A DNA stretch of 64,000 nucleotides from positions 24,428,001-24,492,000 of the forward strand of contig CP158635.1 in the NCBI GenBank assembly GCA_050273025.1. The letters run 5' to 3'. The stretch is from Cenococcum geophilum. Taxonomy: Eukaryota. Numbering within the stretch: position 1 is the first letter of the stretch; each line of letters opens with the position of its first letter. The notes below the pieces were generated by a model, which searched no databases, was not told the DNA's origin, and saw nothing but the letters and a program-made list of their open reading frames with translations. Positions 1 to 12,087 of this stretch are shown here, in pieces. Made by a program: the position numbers and the translations under genes.

Positions 1-298
1 AGTAAAAGCGTAACTTATACTAGATAAGTTTAGACTAAATATACGCCGGGCTAGTCTAGGTAGGACGTTAGCGTTATATAGCTAAAGTATATATTATATC
101 TAACTAAGTACCTTACTTGTTCCGTCTCTCTTTAGGCCGCTATTACGCCTTAAAATAAATACTTAGGTACTAGTATATAGCTATATACACAATACGAGTA
201 TATTATAACTTCTTTAGTCTATACGCTAGCCTTTTTACCCTCTTTTTATCTATAAACTAGGCACTTAAGAGTCTATCCTTAGCACTAATAATCTCTTC

Positions 299-2183
299 TT
301 AAGATTGTACCCTAAAATATACGTCCTGCGCCTAACGCAGCGGCCGCTTACAGTATTAATTTTTTTCCTAAATCTTTATAACGGCCTTATATAATACTAA
401 TGCAGTAGCTCTATTATTATACCTTATAGTTTTACCTAAACTAAGTTTGGAGTAGAATAACTTCGCAATATCTAAACACATCTTATTATTAGACGGCTAT
501 AAACACCTAACTATATATCTAAATCTAGCGACCTAAAACTTACTAATAATATAAAGTACTCTATCTAAAAGCCCTGTCGCTTAGTTCTGCGCGGTAAAGT
601 AGGTAGAAAGGTATATAATCTCCGCCCACAAGAAACGGGCCTAAGATACCTCGTAAATGCTAAGTACGTTCTACCTTAGCTCTTTAGTGGCTGTCCCAGC
701 CATCTATAGTATTAGGCCACTTTTAGAAGGGTTAGCTGGATTTAATACCCTATAGTAGGAAAAGTAGGCAATATCACACTTCTATAGTTAGGCTATAGCA
801 TTTATAATATTTAGGTACTTTAGAGTCTCTATAGAAACAAAAGGGCCTATAGCTGCTATAACCTTAAATCTCTCTGCTCTTATCTCTAGAAGATTACTTA
901 CACTAGGGGTTTTAGGTATAGTTATAATAGCTACTCTTTAAGGATCGCGGCGAGATAGGATAGTAGTTTTAGCACATTCTTAAGAATATTAAAGGGCTTT
1001 AATTATTGGTGTATAGGACAAAATAGCCTAGTAATATATACGTTCCGTTAGTTTAGTAGAGATATTACTAGTAGAATAAAAAGGGAAAAACTAGTAAGGC
1101 TAGTTCCAATCTATTAAACCCTTAGTAGATCTTCTATAAAAGGCTATACGTAATAATAAAGCTTGTCTAATATAGGCCTTATATACCCACGCTATAGCCA
1201 CGACAAGAATTAAAGGTAGGCTTGATTTTTGCAGCCGTAGTTATTTAATAAAGTTATAGTAAGGTCCTAATTAATCTAGTCCTTAGCTTTATATACGCTT
1301 AATTTAAAAAGAATAAGGACCTTAAACGCGTTAGTAATAATAATAATAGCATCGCTTCTAAGGTTAGTAATATTTATAACTATAATACTGCCTTTTATAG
1401 AATAGTGCTATATCTACCTAGCGGTAAGGCCTTTATAAATTAGTATAAGGGATCTTTTAGCGGCTGCCAAGGCTAGCCTTTAGCTAGGCCTTAGCACCTC
1501 CTTATAAGCTCCCTTAGGCTTATAGCCCTCATATTCTCCTTATCGGTTCGTCTTTGTACTAGGCTATTACCTACCTTTATTACTATATCGTCCTCTTCTA
1601 CCAACTCTCCTTATAACTCATGCTCGGCTTACCTACTCCCTACCGTATACCTTAGCAATATGCCTTACAATTGGCTAAATCTAAAAAGTTACTAGATATC
1701 TTATACGCACTTCTTAAGCTTTATAATTGCTTTTCTCCAGCTTATTAAAGTAGTTCTCCACGTATAGTTATCTACAATATTTTAGGTAGGCTTATTTACT
1801 TCTAAATAAAGGCTTTTATATTGCGTATATAGCTAGAAATAATCAGCCTTTAGTTTAAAGGTATCGCTTTAATCATCTATAAAAAGGTTTAAGATAACTT
1901 TATATTCTCGCTTTAGTACCTCTAAGGCCGCTTAGGGTCCCTTTCCTATTTAAAAAGCAAAAAAGTAGGCGGTTATAGCCAGTCTAGAAAAGTGTAAGAT
2001 AATATACTATTAGTCCTAATAGTTTATAGATCTATTATAAATATAAGGTAGTAAGTTTATAGCCTCTACTAACAGATTATACGTGCTTTTAGCGTCTCCC
2101 TAACTTTAAAGTGGCTAAAGTGCCTAGGTAGAGGCATATATATAAGTAAAGGGAGTAGTATTTTCGCATTTTTAGGCCAATAA
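299..2183 (-). pseudogene. RIP-mutated TPR-CHAT (caspase-like protease) gene, C-terminal part; interrupted by solo LTR 1444-1669 and by gypsy A at 2184
   Basis: The minus-strand translation, allowing for RIP, shows fungal CHAT-protein motifs: ALEVL..., GSIIVINITNLRSDAII (~1390-1345), LPRVWWIGTGLASFFPF-like (~1125-1080), IAHFSCHGVS.P.NPSKSGL-like (~770-715), YLSTYFTAQN (AYLSAC equivalent, ~605) and a PLRWAQ.V.F end. It has many stop codons. Confidence 0.8.
1444..1669. mobile_element. Solo LTR (226 bp) inside the CHAT pseudogene
   Basis: Termini are TA(TG)TAAGG...CCTTACA with a 5-bp TSD ATTAG/ATTGG (1439-1443, 1670-1674). Removing it rejoins the CHAT frame (FSQF|YKGLTA). Confidence 0.75.
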
Positions 2184-2604
2184 TGTTACGGACCTTATAT
2201 CGGCAGTAGTACGACTACTAAGAAAAGATATAAATGGGTTAGTTAAGATAGTATAGGAGGCGCTAGAACTGATTAAGCTATAGGATAAAGGGTAGCCGAG
2301 TTACGTGGCTAGTTACGTTACAAGTTTAGAACGTAGGAACATAGGAATATAGGAACGCGGCGTACTAACGTACTAAAGTACCGACGTACTTAGTATATTT
2401 CTTAGGCGTAGTATTATATATTTAAAGGACTACAGTCCCTACTTAGATAGTTCTCTTCTTTATAATAAATCTTAAAATATAATTAGAGTTAATCTATTAG
2501 GTAACCACTCTACTAGTTATATTATTATTGTTAACTATTTCTTAACCTATATACCTAGCCTATTAATAAGTCTACCGTAGTATCTCCTATAAGGCTTCGT
2601 TATA
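2184..2604 (+). repeat. 5' LTR of gypsy A
   Basis: TGTTACGGACC...TTCGTTATA; direct repeat of 49283-49703. Confidence 0.92.
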
Positions 2605-5600
2605 TATTTACTACTAAGGTTATAATAAAGGAAGTTAAGCAATATACCACCAAAAGTAGTAGTTATAACGCTATTAACGGTAGTAACTATATTAAGATTA
2701 GGTAATGACACCAGTATAGTAAACACTAACTTATAACTAGTTATAGTAAGACAGTTATAGGAAATAGTTAATTAATTAACAGACAATAACTAAATACTTA
2801 AGGAAAGAATTAATGGGATTGGAGTAGTAAAGATTAAGCTACTATCTATTAAACAATTCTTAGGAGAAAAATTAAAGCTTAAAGAATTTCTTACGCAAAT
2901 GCACTTTAAGGTCATATAAGAAGGGGTAAAGTTAGTAACACCTATAGATTAGGTGGCGTACGCAGGATTATTCCTAATAGAAAGAGCATTTAAGTGGTTT
3001 AAACCCTACCTTATAGAAGTATAGAAAAACGGTATAGCAACTAGTAATTAAGAAGTATAATATATATTTGCTAGTTAGAATAGGTTTACGGAATACCTAA
3101 CCTAAATATTTAGGGATCTAAATGTTACAGACGCTTTAAGTATAATATTACGACTACTTGGGAGAGAGTTAGAAGGAGCTAGTTAGTTAATTAAAGCACG
3201 GTCTAGAATGGAGCTAGTAGAACTATATAACGAGGAATAGTAACTAAGGTCACGTGGGGTAATCTATATAATCTGTATAATCTACAAGATCTGTAATAAA
3301 GTAGATAGAGTATATGTATATTATATATAAGAAGGATTTTATAGGAGTACGGTTGTGTATTTAAGGACCCTTAGTCCCTACCTAGATAGTTCCTTCCTTA
3401 TAGTAATTCTTAGAATATAATTAGAGTTAATCCATTAGGCAACCACTCCACTAGTTATTATTACGTTATTAACTTTAATTTATATTACCTATATACCTAG
3501 CCTAATAATAAGCCTATTATAGTACTTACTATAAGGTTCCGTTATATAATTACTACCTAGTTACAGTATTAAATATAGAAAGTTAAATAACATGCCACTA
3601 AAAGCAGCTACTATAACGCCATTAACGGCGGTAACTACTTTAAGGTTAGGAGGCGACACTAATATAGTAAATACTAACTTACAGCAACCTATAACGGTTA
3701 GATAATTATAAGAGATAGTTAACTAATTAATAACGAATAATGTAGTATTAGAAGAAAGGGTTAATAAAATAGGAGCAGTAAAGATTAAGTTACTATTAAT
3801 TAAAAGATACTTAGAAGAAAGATTAAAACTTAAAGGATTTCTTACGCAAATGCATTTTAAAGTTATATAAAAAGGGGTAAAGCTACTAATACCTATAGAT
3901 CGAATAGTATATACGGGACTATTTTTATTAGGAAGAGTACTTAAGTGGTTTAAGCTTTACTTTATAGAAATATAAGTAAATGGAATAATAACCACTAATT
4001 AGGAGGTGTAGTTTATATTCTTAAGCTAAGAAGGGTTTACGGAGCGACTTATATAAATATTTAGAGACCTAGAGGCAGTAACTACGGCGGAAAGAAAACT
4101 TTAAGATATTACACAATAAACCTTAGCAATTAAGTATATAATATAGTTCTAAACGCTAGCTATATAAGTTAAGTGGAATAATAAGGCGCTTATAGCATAG
4201 TATAAGTAGGGACTTAAGGCTAAAGTCTAGGACGTAATTATCCTAATAGAAGATATAAATACCCTAAGGGAGTTAATAGATTAAGTAATTAAGATTAATA
4301 ATTAGATTTACTAAAGGGAACAGGCTAAGAGAGGCTAAGATAAAGTTCTATAGTTATATAAGGCGTAGAGTATATAATAACTAAAGCTAATTTAGAAAAT
4401 ATAGTATAGCGCAGAGCTAATAGACCTAAGTAGTACTAAAGAAGCCTATAAAAGATAGAGTAAGAAACTATAAAAACCTAAAGATTAAGGATCTAGTAAT
4501 TATAGGACTAAGGAGAAAAGGCTAAACTAGGGATTTTAGCAGCAGAAGACATTTAGGCGGACTCTATAGTAAAGTTAGTAGTTTAAAGACGGAGCTTATA
4601 TAAATTATAGAAAATAAGGTTACTTTATAAGGGATTATAAAGATAGTTAGAGTTACTATATAATAAAGGGAATTAGACTAGTAAAAGACATATATATATA
4701 GAGAGATAATAGTATACTATAAGGAATAAAAGAATGTTTAATTAGAAGTTTTACGTTTTATTATAATAACGTATACCAAATTTATAAAGATGCTAAGTAC
4801 GGCGTAAGCTATTAGCTATAGAAGCTAAAATTTTTAAAATATAGAGGAACTAATAAACTAGTTTGCAGATCGGATATTAAGGACGATAATTTTAATATAG
4901 GTAAAATATTTAGTAATAATAAGGTAATAAAGGCAGCTTACTAGGAGTATATAGACCTTAGAGATATTATATAAGAGGTAAAGGATAATTCCACTATAGA
5001 ATAGGGAACATTAGTAGGGATTAAGACCCTATTAGATATAATATTTATCGCTTTATAAGACGTAAGAGAAGTAGGGTAGTAAACTACTTTGGCACTTAAT
5101 AAAGGCAAAAGGCTAAAGGCTTAAGATTTTTAAGACGAGATAAAAGATAACTAAGATTCTTAAGATGAGATAAGGTATACCCTAGGACCTATAATAGATA
5201 GAAACTAATAGAGTAGGGTAATAGCTTAGTTTAAAGATATATAAATAAGCTTAGGATAGAGTTTTCTATAAGTATAAGATTCTTAAGATAAGATAAATAA
5301 GATTTAAGACTTTTAAGATAAAATAAGAACATCTAAGCCTAGTTAGACTAAGGTAGGAGTAAAGCTTAAAATAGAAGCAAGCTTAGGATTAAGGATTCTA
5401 TAGAACTAAGATTTTAAGATATAAATAAGGACTATTAACGAGATTAAGAAGTAGGAAGACTTTAAGGATCTACTTATAAGACGCGAAAAGAAAGAAACTA
5501 TAAAGGAATTTAGAGTAAGAATTACCTTATAGCAAGATTAGAAACTAGAGAAGAGGTCTAGTATATAAGGTTATATAAGGGATAGAGTACCTATATAAAG

Positions 5601-6588
5601 AATTACTAATAGGCCTAAAGTAGGTATACTAAGAGCTAAGTAGCTTACTAAACTGGAATAAGAAGAGAATCTAGGGATTCTAACTAGGTTTAAAGAATAA
5701 TATATAAAGGGCTGTTATAACGTAGTAATAAGAAAATACTTCCTTATGGATAAGCCGTATACGCTTAAAGGGTTATACTAAAAGTGGTATAAATAACGAT
5801 ATAATGATAAGTAGGAAGATTTCTGTATATAGCTAAATAAAAAAGTTGTCTAAGACCACTTAATTATAGAAAAGGCTATAAGTTATATTAAAGGAGCCTT
5901 AATTATAATGTTAAAAGATCTAAAAGAGTAATTAGAGGACTAAAAAAGTAAGAGGTAAATCTTAGTACCTATAAATAAAATTATAACGCTTAGATTAATA
6001 TAAAAAAGGTTTAAACTTAAGGATAAAAATAAGCTAAGAGTTAACCTAAAATACTAAGTATATTATACGTTGGCGTAGATTATATACGTGGATAATATAT
6101 ATAATATATATAGAGCACCTAAAGATAAAAACCGGAAGTACTTAGTAAGGATATATTAGGTACTAGATAAGGCGAAGTATAAAAACGTTAAGTATATATA
6201 TAGTTAGTACCTAGTAGAAGTATAAAGCCTAGGGGACTTAATACTTTAGCTAGGAAGATTCCTTACGGAAAAATGTCTAGATAGATAATAGTGGTGGGAA
6301 TGCTTAGAGAATATATATTTATAGTATATTAAAGACAAAAAGCGAATTAAGTATTGGCTAAAAGTAGACTAAGTATAAATAGGATTAAGCAGCCAATAAT
6401 TAGGAAAAGTAGAGGCCTATAAAACTAAAGGGAACTAGTAATAGAGCCTTAGACCCTTAAAGAAATTTAAGAATAATACCTAAATTTATAAGTTAAGTAG
6501 TAAGATTAATAGTTTAAAGCACTAATAGAGAGTAGAGTAATAAAGAACCATATATTACTAGCAGCAGTTAAAAGGATAGGGTTACTAT

Positions 6589-8822
6589 CCCTTAACCCGT
6601 CGATTTGGGTCCTACGGTTATCGATAAGGGCCAGCCAATCAAATCAATAGAATTAAGACCCGTGCTCAGGAATACGAAGTTAGTGATATTACTTAATTCT
6701 CATACAAAATTGATATATAAGTTTATTCTTTGGAGTTAAGTCGCTTAATATAAGGCCTCTAGCAGTCGTCGTTCCTACAGAACGGTATTTTACAGATACT
6801 ACAGCCAAAAAGCGTCCTTAGAAGACGCCTGCGCCTATTCCATTCCTTACTATCGCGAGGCTTCCTTATAGTATTTGGTAAAAGCTCTAATAGAGCTTTT
6901 TAACATCCTATATGCTCTACCTAAGTATATCTACTAGCCGTTGCGCAAGCTAAGCAGTGAATAGGTTTATAAGATATCTTAATTAGCTTATACAGCTGCG
7001 TAGGAACCCATATAATATCGTCTATAGAGCGTTAAGAAAGGTGTTCATATTTATATATAAGAGCCTTTTGCTTCCAAATCGAGCGTTTAAATAAGGCGTT
7101 GCGTAGATTAATTTAAAACTACTTATGGCCGTTATAACGGCCCTTACAATAATTAGTAGGACGGTAGAAAGATAGTAGGAAGCAATTTCTAATTACTATA
7201 TTAAGCAGGAAGTGTAATAGAGGCTTCTAAGTCTGCCTATAGATCCTCTACGTTATAAAATACTATTATAATTAATCCGCAATATCTACACCATATATAT
7301 AGTGATTATAGTAGAAAATAAAGGTAGGAATAAGCAACTACTTTTATACCTTATTACCAAAGACCTTCCAAGTCTATTTAGCGCCGCTAAAGGTAAGAGT
7401 AGGTCGTTTTTATAAGTCCTTAATCTTCTATTAACCTGGCGATATATAACGTTATTAGCTTTTAAGCCTTATTATAAAGGCGTTTAGCTTACCGTCGTTA
7501 ATAGTACTTATAAAAAGCACCACATTAGCGTCTTTTTAAGCAAACTCCATCACCTGGCCGTCTTTAAAAAGCTCACCATATAATTCTCCCTATAGAATTT
7601 AAGCCGTATAGGTCAATTTAAGCTCTATAAGCCTCTAGCTTATTTACTTAATAGGCACCTTCTTTTTCTTTTTTTCTTTTATAGTTGCAACTATCTCAAT
7701 ATCGCCTTTAAGGTCCCCCTACTCCTCACGTTATGTTTTAGTTATTTAAATAGTTTCTGCCCCTCTAATACTAAGGCCTTATAGTCGTCTAAGAAGCTTA
7801 ACGCTTATAAATAGATTATTAAGCCAAACAACGTGCTTTCCAGGTAGGTAGAGGCGTTTATCTATTTTGGTGTCTTTTTATAGGAGCAAATTAAGAACTA
7901 CCGCCTGCGTCTTTAAAAAGCCTTTATTAATAAAAGACTCATCTAAATTAACTAGGCCCTTCTTATTACCTTTAGCGTGCCATATAAAGTCCAATATATA
8001 ACCCTTATTCGCTAAAATCTATATCTTAAAGCCTTCTAGTGTAGGTTTAGATGGAATATTAATAATTTTAGGTGCACGGCCCATAAAGCGTTAAATCGTT
8101 TTATTAACGGTAAGGTATATTCCAGGCGTGTAAAGCTTTCTATAGGTTAGCCGAATATATTTAGCAAGCTCATTAACTCAATCAAATGTAGATTTAGGTG
8201 CTGTATTATCCTTTAGCTATGGTGGTAAGGCTTAAAAGTAATAGTCAAGCTGCTAAAATCGGACGATTAAAATATACTTTTTAATAATATACTCCGTGCC
8301 ATAGGTATCCAAATCCTTCCAGTAATCCTTAATACATAATTCTAAGGTAATACCTATATAAATAAGCACACCAAAGTACACGTATAGTTCCTTCTTATAT
8401 ATTGGCTGCCATAGGCGTATATACTCTGTTTCCTTATGCGACGGATAAAGCTCCGTATACTTATTTATCCACTCCACAAGCTTATTTATAATATCCTCTA
8501 TAAAGAATAAGCTAAATAGCTCATAAGGATTATGCTAATCAACGTCTAAGGGGAGGTTTAGTAAGCTATGGTCGTCCCAATTATTAATATAGAGAGGTTC
8601 GAAATGGGGCAGCGGCCAGGGCTTTAGGGGGGGTGTTTTCGCCATCTTATTTGGTAGAACGTTATACTAAGTCTTCTAAACAAGGTCTGTATTAATTCTA
8701 GCGCGATTACAAGGCATAGTGGTGGTGTAATTAATGGTTGAATTCTATATAGAGCACGCGTAGTCTTGAGTCTGGTGTTCGCGCACAGACCACCTACTTG
8801 TAGGACCCCGACGGGTTAAGGG
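6589..8822 (-). mobile_element. piggyBac-family DNA transposon, full length, RIP-mutated
   Basis: Terminal inverted repeats CCCTTAACCCGTCG...CGACGGGTTAAGGG, extended by GGGTCCTAC after a small gap. It is flanked by AT/AT and encodes a piggyBac transposase. Confidence 0.9.
6723..8645 (-). pseudogene. piggyBac transposase (DDE_Tnp_1_7-like), about 640 codons with RIP stops
   Basis: Motifs PYELFSLFF, WQP..KKELYVYFGVLI.IG (ORF 8253-8477), L.V(D)ETIQRFMGRA, IPSKPT.EGFKI, WL(D)NLF, KDANVVLF.ST, YN.Y..GVDIAD, and a Cys-rich C-terminus remnant. Confidence 0.88.
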
Positions 8823-9957
8823 ATATAGGAAAAAGAAGCACTTTTACCTATTAGTAATAATTTTAGGAGATTTAATAGCCTATAGAGGAGGTATTATTAA
8901 TCTTAAAATAGAACCTATTTAGCTAACTATTAAAGGGAGATAAATTAAGATGTCTTTTAATATATTACTATTAGGGAATAATAAGGCAGTATTAGAAATG
9001 CCTTAGTTATAGGAATATAATCTAAGGATTAATTAGATTATAGGTTAGGTTAATATTAGGAATACTTAATAATATAAGATATAATAATAAGCTAAGTTAG
9101 TATAGTACTAAGTAGGAGCGACCTATAAAGAAATAGAAAAAGGATTAGGCTATATACTAAAGAGATACTATAAGTATAATAAGAAACTATAGTTACTGGA
9201 AAGTAAGAAGTAGTTAAAATATATAGTATAGAACTATAAGATAGAATTAAAACTAGAAATAAGTCTAAGGTTCTTTCCAATCTATAAGTGTCGGAATGTA
9301 TAGATAGAGGTTATATTGTCTCTGATTAGTCACCCTTATGGTAACTTATCAGCCCCCTACTTAGGCACTGCGATCCTTACGATCCTTTGCTTTCTACATT
9401 AAAAGAAGAATAATAATCATTATACTATCTACGAACCGTAGCTACGTGATATCACCTTGTGTAACCAACACTGATTAGTAGTTAACTTTACAGTTATACC
9501 ACAGAACAGCTAGGTATCACTAAGAAGAGATAAGCCACTGTACCAGTGCTACTCGTGCTAGGGGAAGCTGTCTTTTAAGGTCAGAACTGGTCCTAAACCT
9601 TAAATAGAACTCTTCTACGAATCTAAGGATCTAAAAGGCCAGAACTAGTCCTAAGCCTTTCCCAGATTACAGATTCTTGCGTCCATTACGCAGAATAACA
9701 CGCTTTACGAGTCTTCGCGATTTAAGGCCAGAACTGGTCCTAAGCCCTATAACCGCAAATACACGTCACGAACGCGTACCAAATGATAACCCCTACACTA
9801 AACGACAACCCCTACACCAAACGACAATCCCTACACCAACAACACTTCCCTTCCTCCGAAAACATGGCTACGGCCATTCCATATAACTAGAGAGACTCCT
9901 TACCACTAGGGGTAGCTGCGTACGCGAAACTTATTAATAAAGATTAGGACGAATTTA

Positions 9958-10097
9958 TGTTCCGACTGATACCGGTACACACAATATTCCGGAACATTTC
10001 TGCCTCATTCCGGAACGAGTCGTCCTTGTTCCAGAATGAGTCGTATATCGCTTTAATCGGCTCCATTCCGGATTGCTTGCCTTATTCCGGAAAAGAG
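9958..10097 (+). repeat. Direct repeat of about 140 bp, copy 1 (copy 2 at ~11675-11815), inside D
   Basis: TGTTCCGACTGATACCGGTACA...ATTCCGGAAAAGA occurs twice. This explains the near-identical ORFs at 9957 and 11638. Confidence 0.85.
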
Positions 10098-11149
10098 CTT
10101 GCCTTATTCCGGAAAAGATTTAAAGCTATATTAAGATTTAATAGAGCTTTTTTAACTTTTTGGTAAATATCTAGATTTTAGCTGTAAAATAAGCGGCTAT
10201 ATATCTTAGATATTATAATCTATTATTTAGTAGAGCATAGTCGCGATCTCTGGTATAAAAATATAAGATCTTGATTTTCTAATAAGATTCTCTATTACTC
10301 CAGAGATTAAATTTTACCACCCCTCCAAACTACTACAATACCATTAGATTCTATCTAAACTAGGTTACGCTGCAATTTGTATATATATTTAAAGGCCTTT
10401 CCACGTTATAGATATAGTCTATAAGTAGTAGAAACCAATTAGGTAGGGGGTGGTTGATCGCGTTCCCCGACACCAAAATTTGCAAATCGCGTAAAGCTTT
10501 AAACCTACTAAGATCTATCAAAAGCCGGGCTCTCCGACGTTCTGCCGGCCATAGACAGATTGCCTAATTAGGTTTGGCGCGATTGCGATTTAGATTTCTC
10601 CTAGCTGCGTTAATCTTGCTCGCTCTATCGTTCTCCTTTCCTTTAGCTTGCGCAGCCTTGCCGGTAGGCTTAATTAATTACCTCCCTTATCTACTATTGT
10701 TGATCAAGCCTTCTATGAGCTCTTGCTGGAGGCTCGCCCGAGAAGTCCTCCGTCGGCCGATTTGTACAAGGCTTTCCTCTATGGCAGTAGGAAGAACGCT
10801 CTATATTTCCTTTAATAGCTACACCGTTAATCGTTACATCCTTACCTACACCCACAGCAGGTAAGCTCGCGGTAGAAGCATCGGTAGGAGGTAAGGGAGC
10901 CGCATTAGGTGCGGGCGCGGAGGTGGGCGCGGAGGTGGACGCGGATGACATTACTGTTGCTAGTGTTAGATTTAAGCTGGCAGCAGAGTTAAATATATAT
11001 TCAGAACTTATAGAAAAGGTGTACATATTGTTAAGGATCTAATTAAGTCGTGCGCAGAGGCAGTAGGTAAGGGAGGATCAATGAAAAATTTTCAAAGTTC
11101 GCGATAGCCCCTGCGCTAAGCCTAATTGGGCGATTTTTAAGCAAAATCA

Positions 11150-11580
11150 ACACAAAGGAGCTGCTGTGGTTGCTGCGGAGGTTCTTGCTGTGGAGGTTGC
11201 TTCGGAGCTTGTTGCGGAGCTTGATGCGGAGCTTGTTGCGGAGCTTGGGGCACGGGTTGAGATATGGCAGCCTGAGGAACTTGAGGTGTTTAATAGCCTA
11301 AGGTTGTCTGTAGTGTTGCTTGTGGCTGTCCGTTATTAGGATTCCCTCGAGAGTTAAACTTCTTTTAGTGCTCAATCTCTTGTGGAGTCCATTCGTGCTC
11401 TTCTTCTGCGTTAAGGACTTGCTAAATATTGTCTCTAATAGTACCCCCGTTTATAGGTACAAACACTCCATTCTCCCGTAGGAAGTCTTAAAAATCCTAA
11501 ATAATATAAATATTGCCAAGTGCCCAGGTGTTGGCAGTCCATCCTATAAAATCCTCCCTAAAATATTCCTACAGCTGTAA
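11150..11580 (-). pseudogene. Inverted Copia gag N-terminal fragment in D
   Basis: Translates EDFIGWTANTW...FLRENGVFVPINGGTIRDNI...EEEHEWTPQEIE followed by a P/Q-rich tract. This matches the gag of Copia F at ~30550-30350 (EDFVRW...ENGVFVPKDRGTIRDNI). Confidence 0.8.
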
Positions 11581-12087
11581 ATCGGCGTAGTATCTACTTT
11601 AGTAAAATAGAATACGGTGTAGGAGAAAGCCGTTAACTTGTTTTGCGGTACAAGTTATTATATTAATGGTAAATTGTTCCGACTGATACCGGTACATACG
11701 ATATTCCGGAACATTTCTGCCTCATTCTGGAACGAGTCGTCCTTGTTCCAGAATGAGTCGTGTATCGCTTTGATCGACCTCATTCCGGATTACTTGTCTC
11801 ATTCCGGAAAAGATCTTTGAAGGTTAGGCCAATTGCTAGGTGGTACAGTAGGTAGAGGCTCGCCAACGCCCACACGCATACTACGAGTCGTGAAGTTCTT
11901 CGAAATATATACATTTTATGCCTTTATTTTTCTTCGTTTCCAGATTTAATTGGTAAATAGTTATCGCATGGGTTCTAGAATAACCTTAAATTACGCTAAC
12001 TATGCCTACATGACGTCGCCAAAAGATCCACTTAATAAGTGTATATTTGGTGGTCGAATAATATTTTGCAATTAAGTATGAGGCATT

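Noticed and set aside
1..298. Possible partner gene (for example a gasdermin) next to the CHAT gene
   Set aside because: I recognise no motif in this short RIPed stretch; the neighbouring window is needed.
9957..10166. Paralogous small genes at 9957 and 11638
   Set aside because: They reflect a 140-bp DNA duplication inside element D, and I recognise no protein features.
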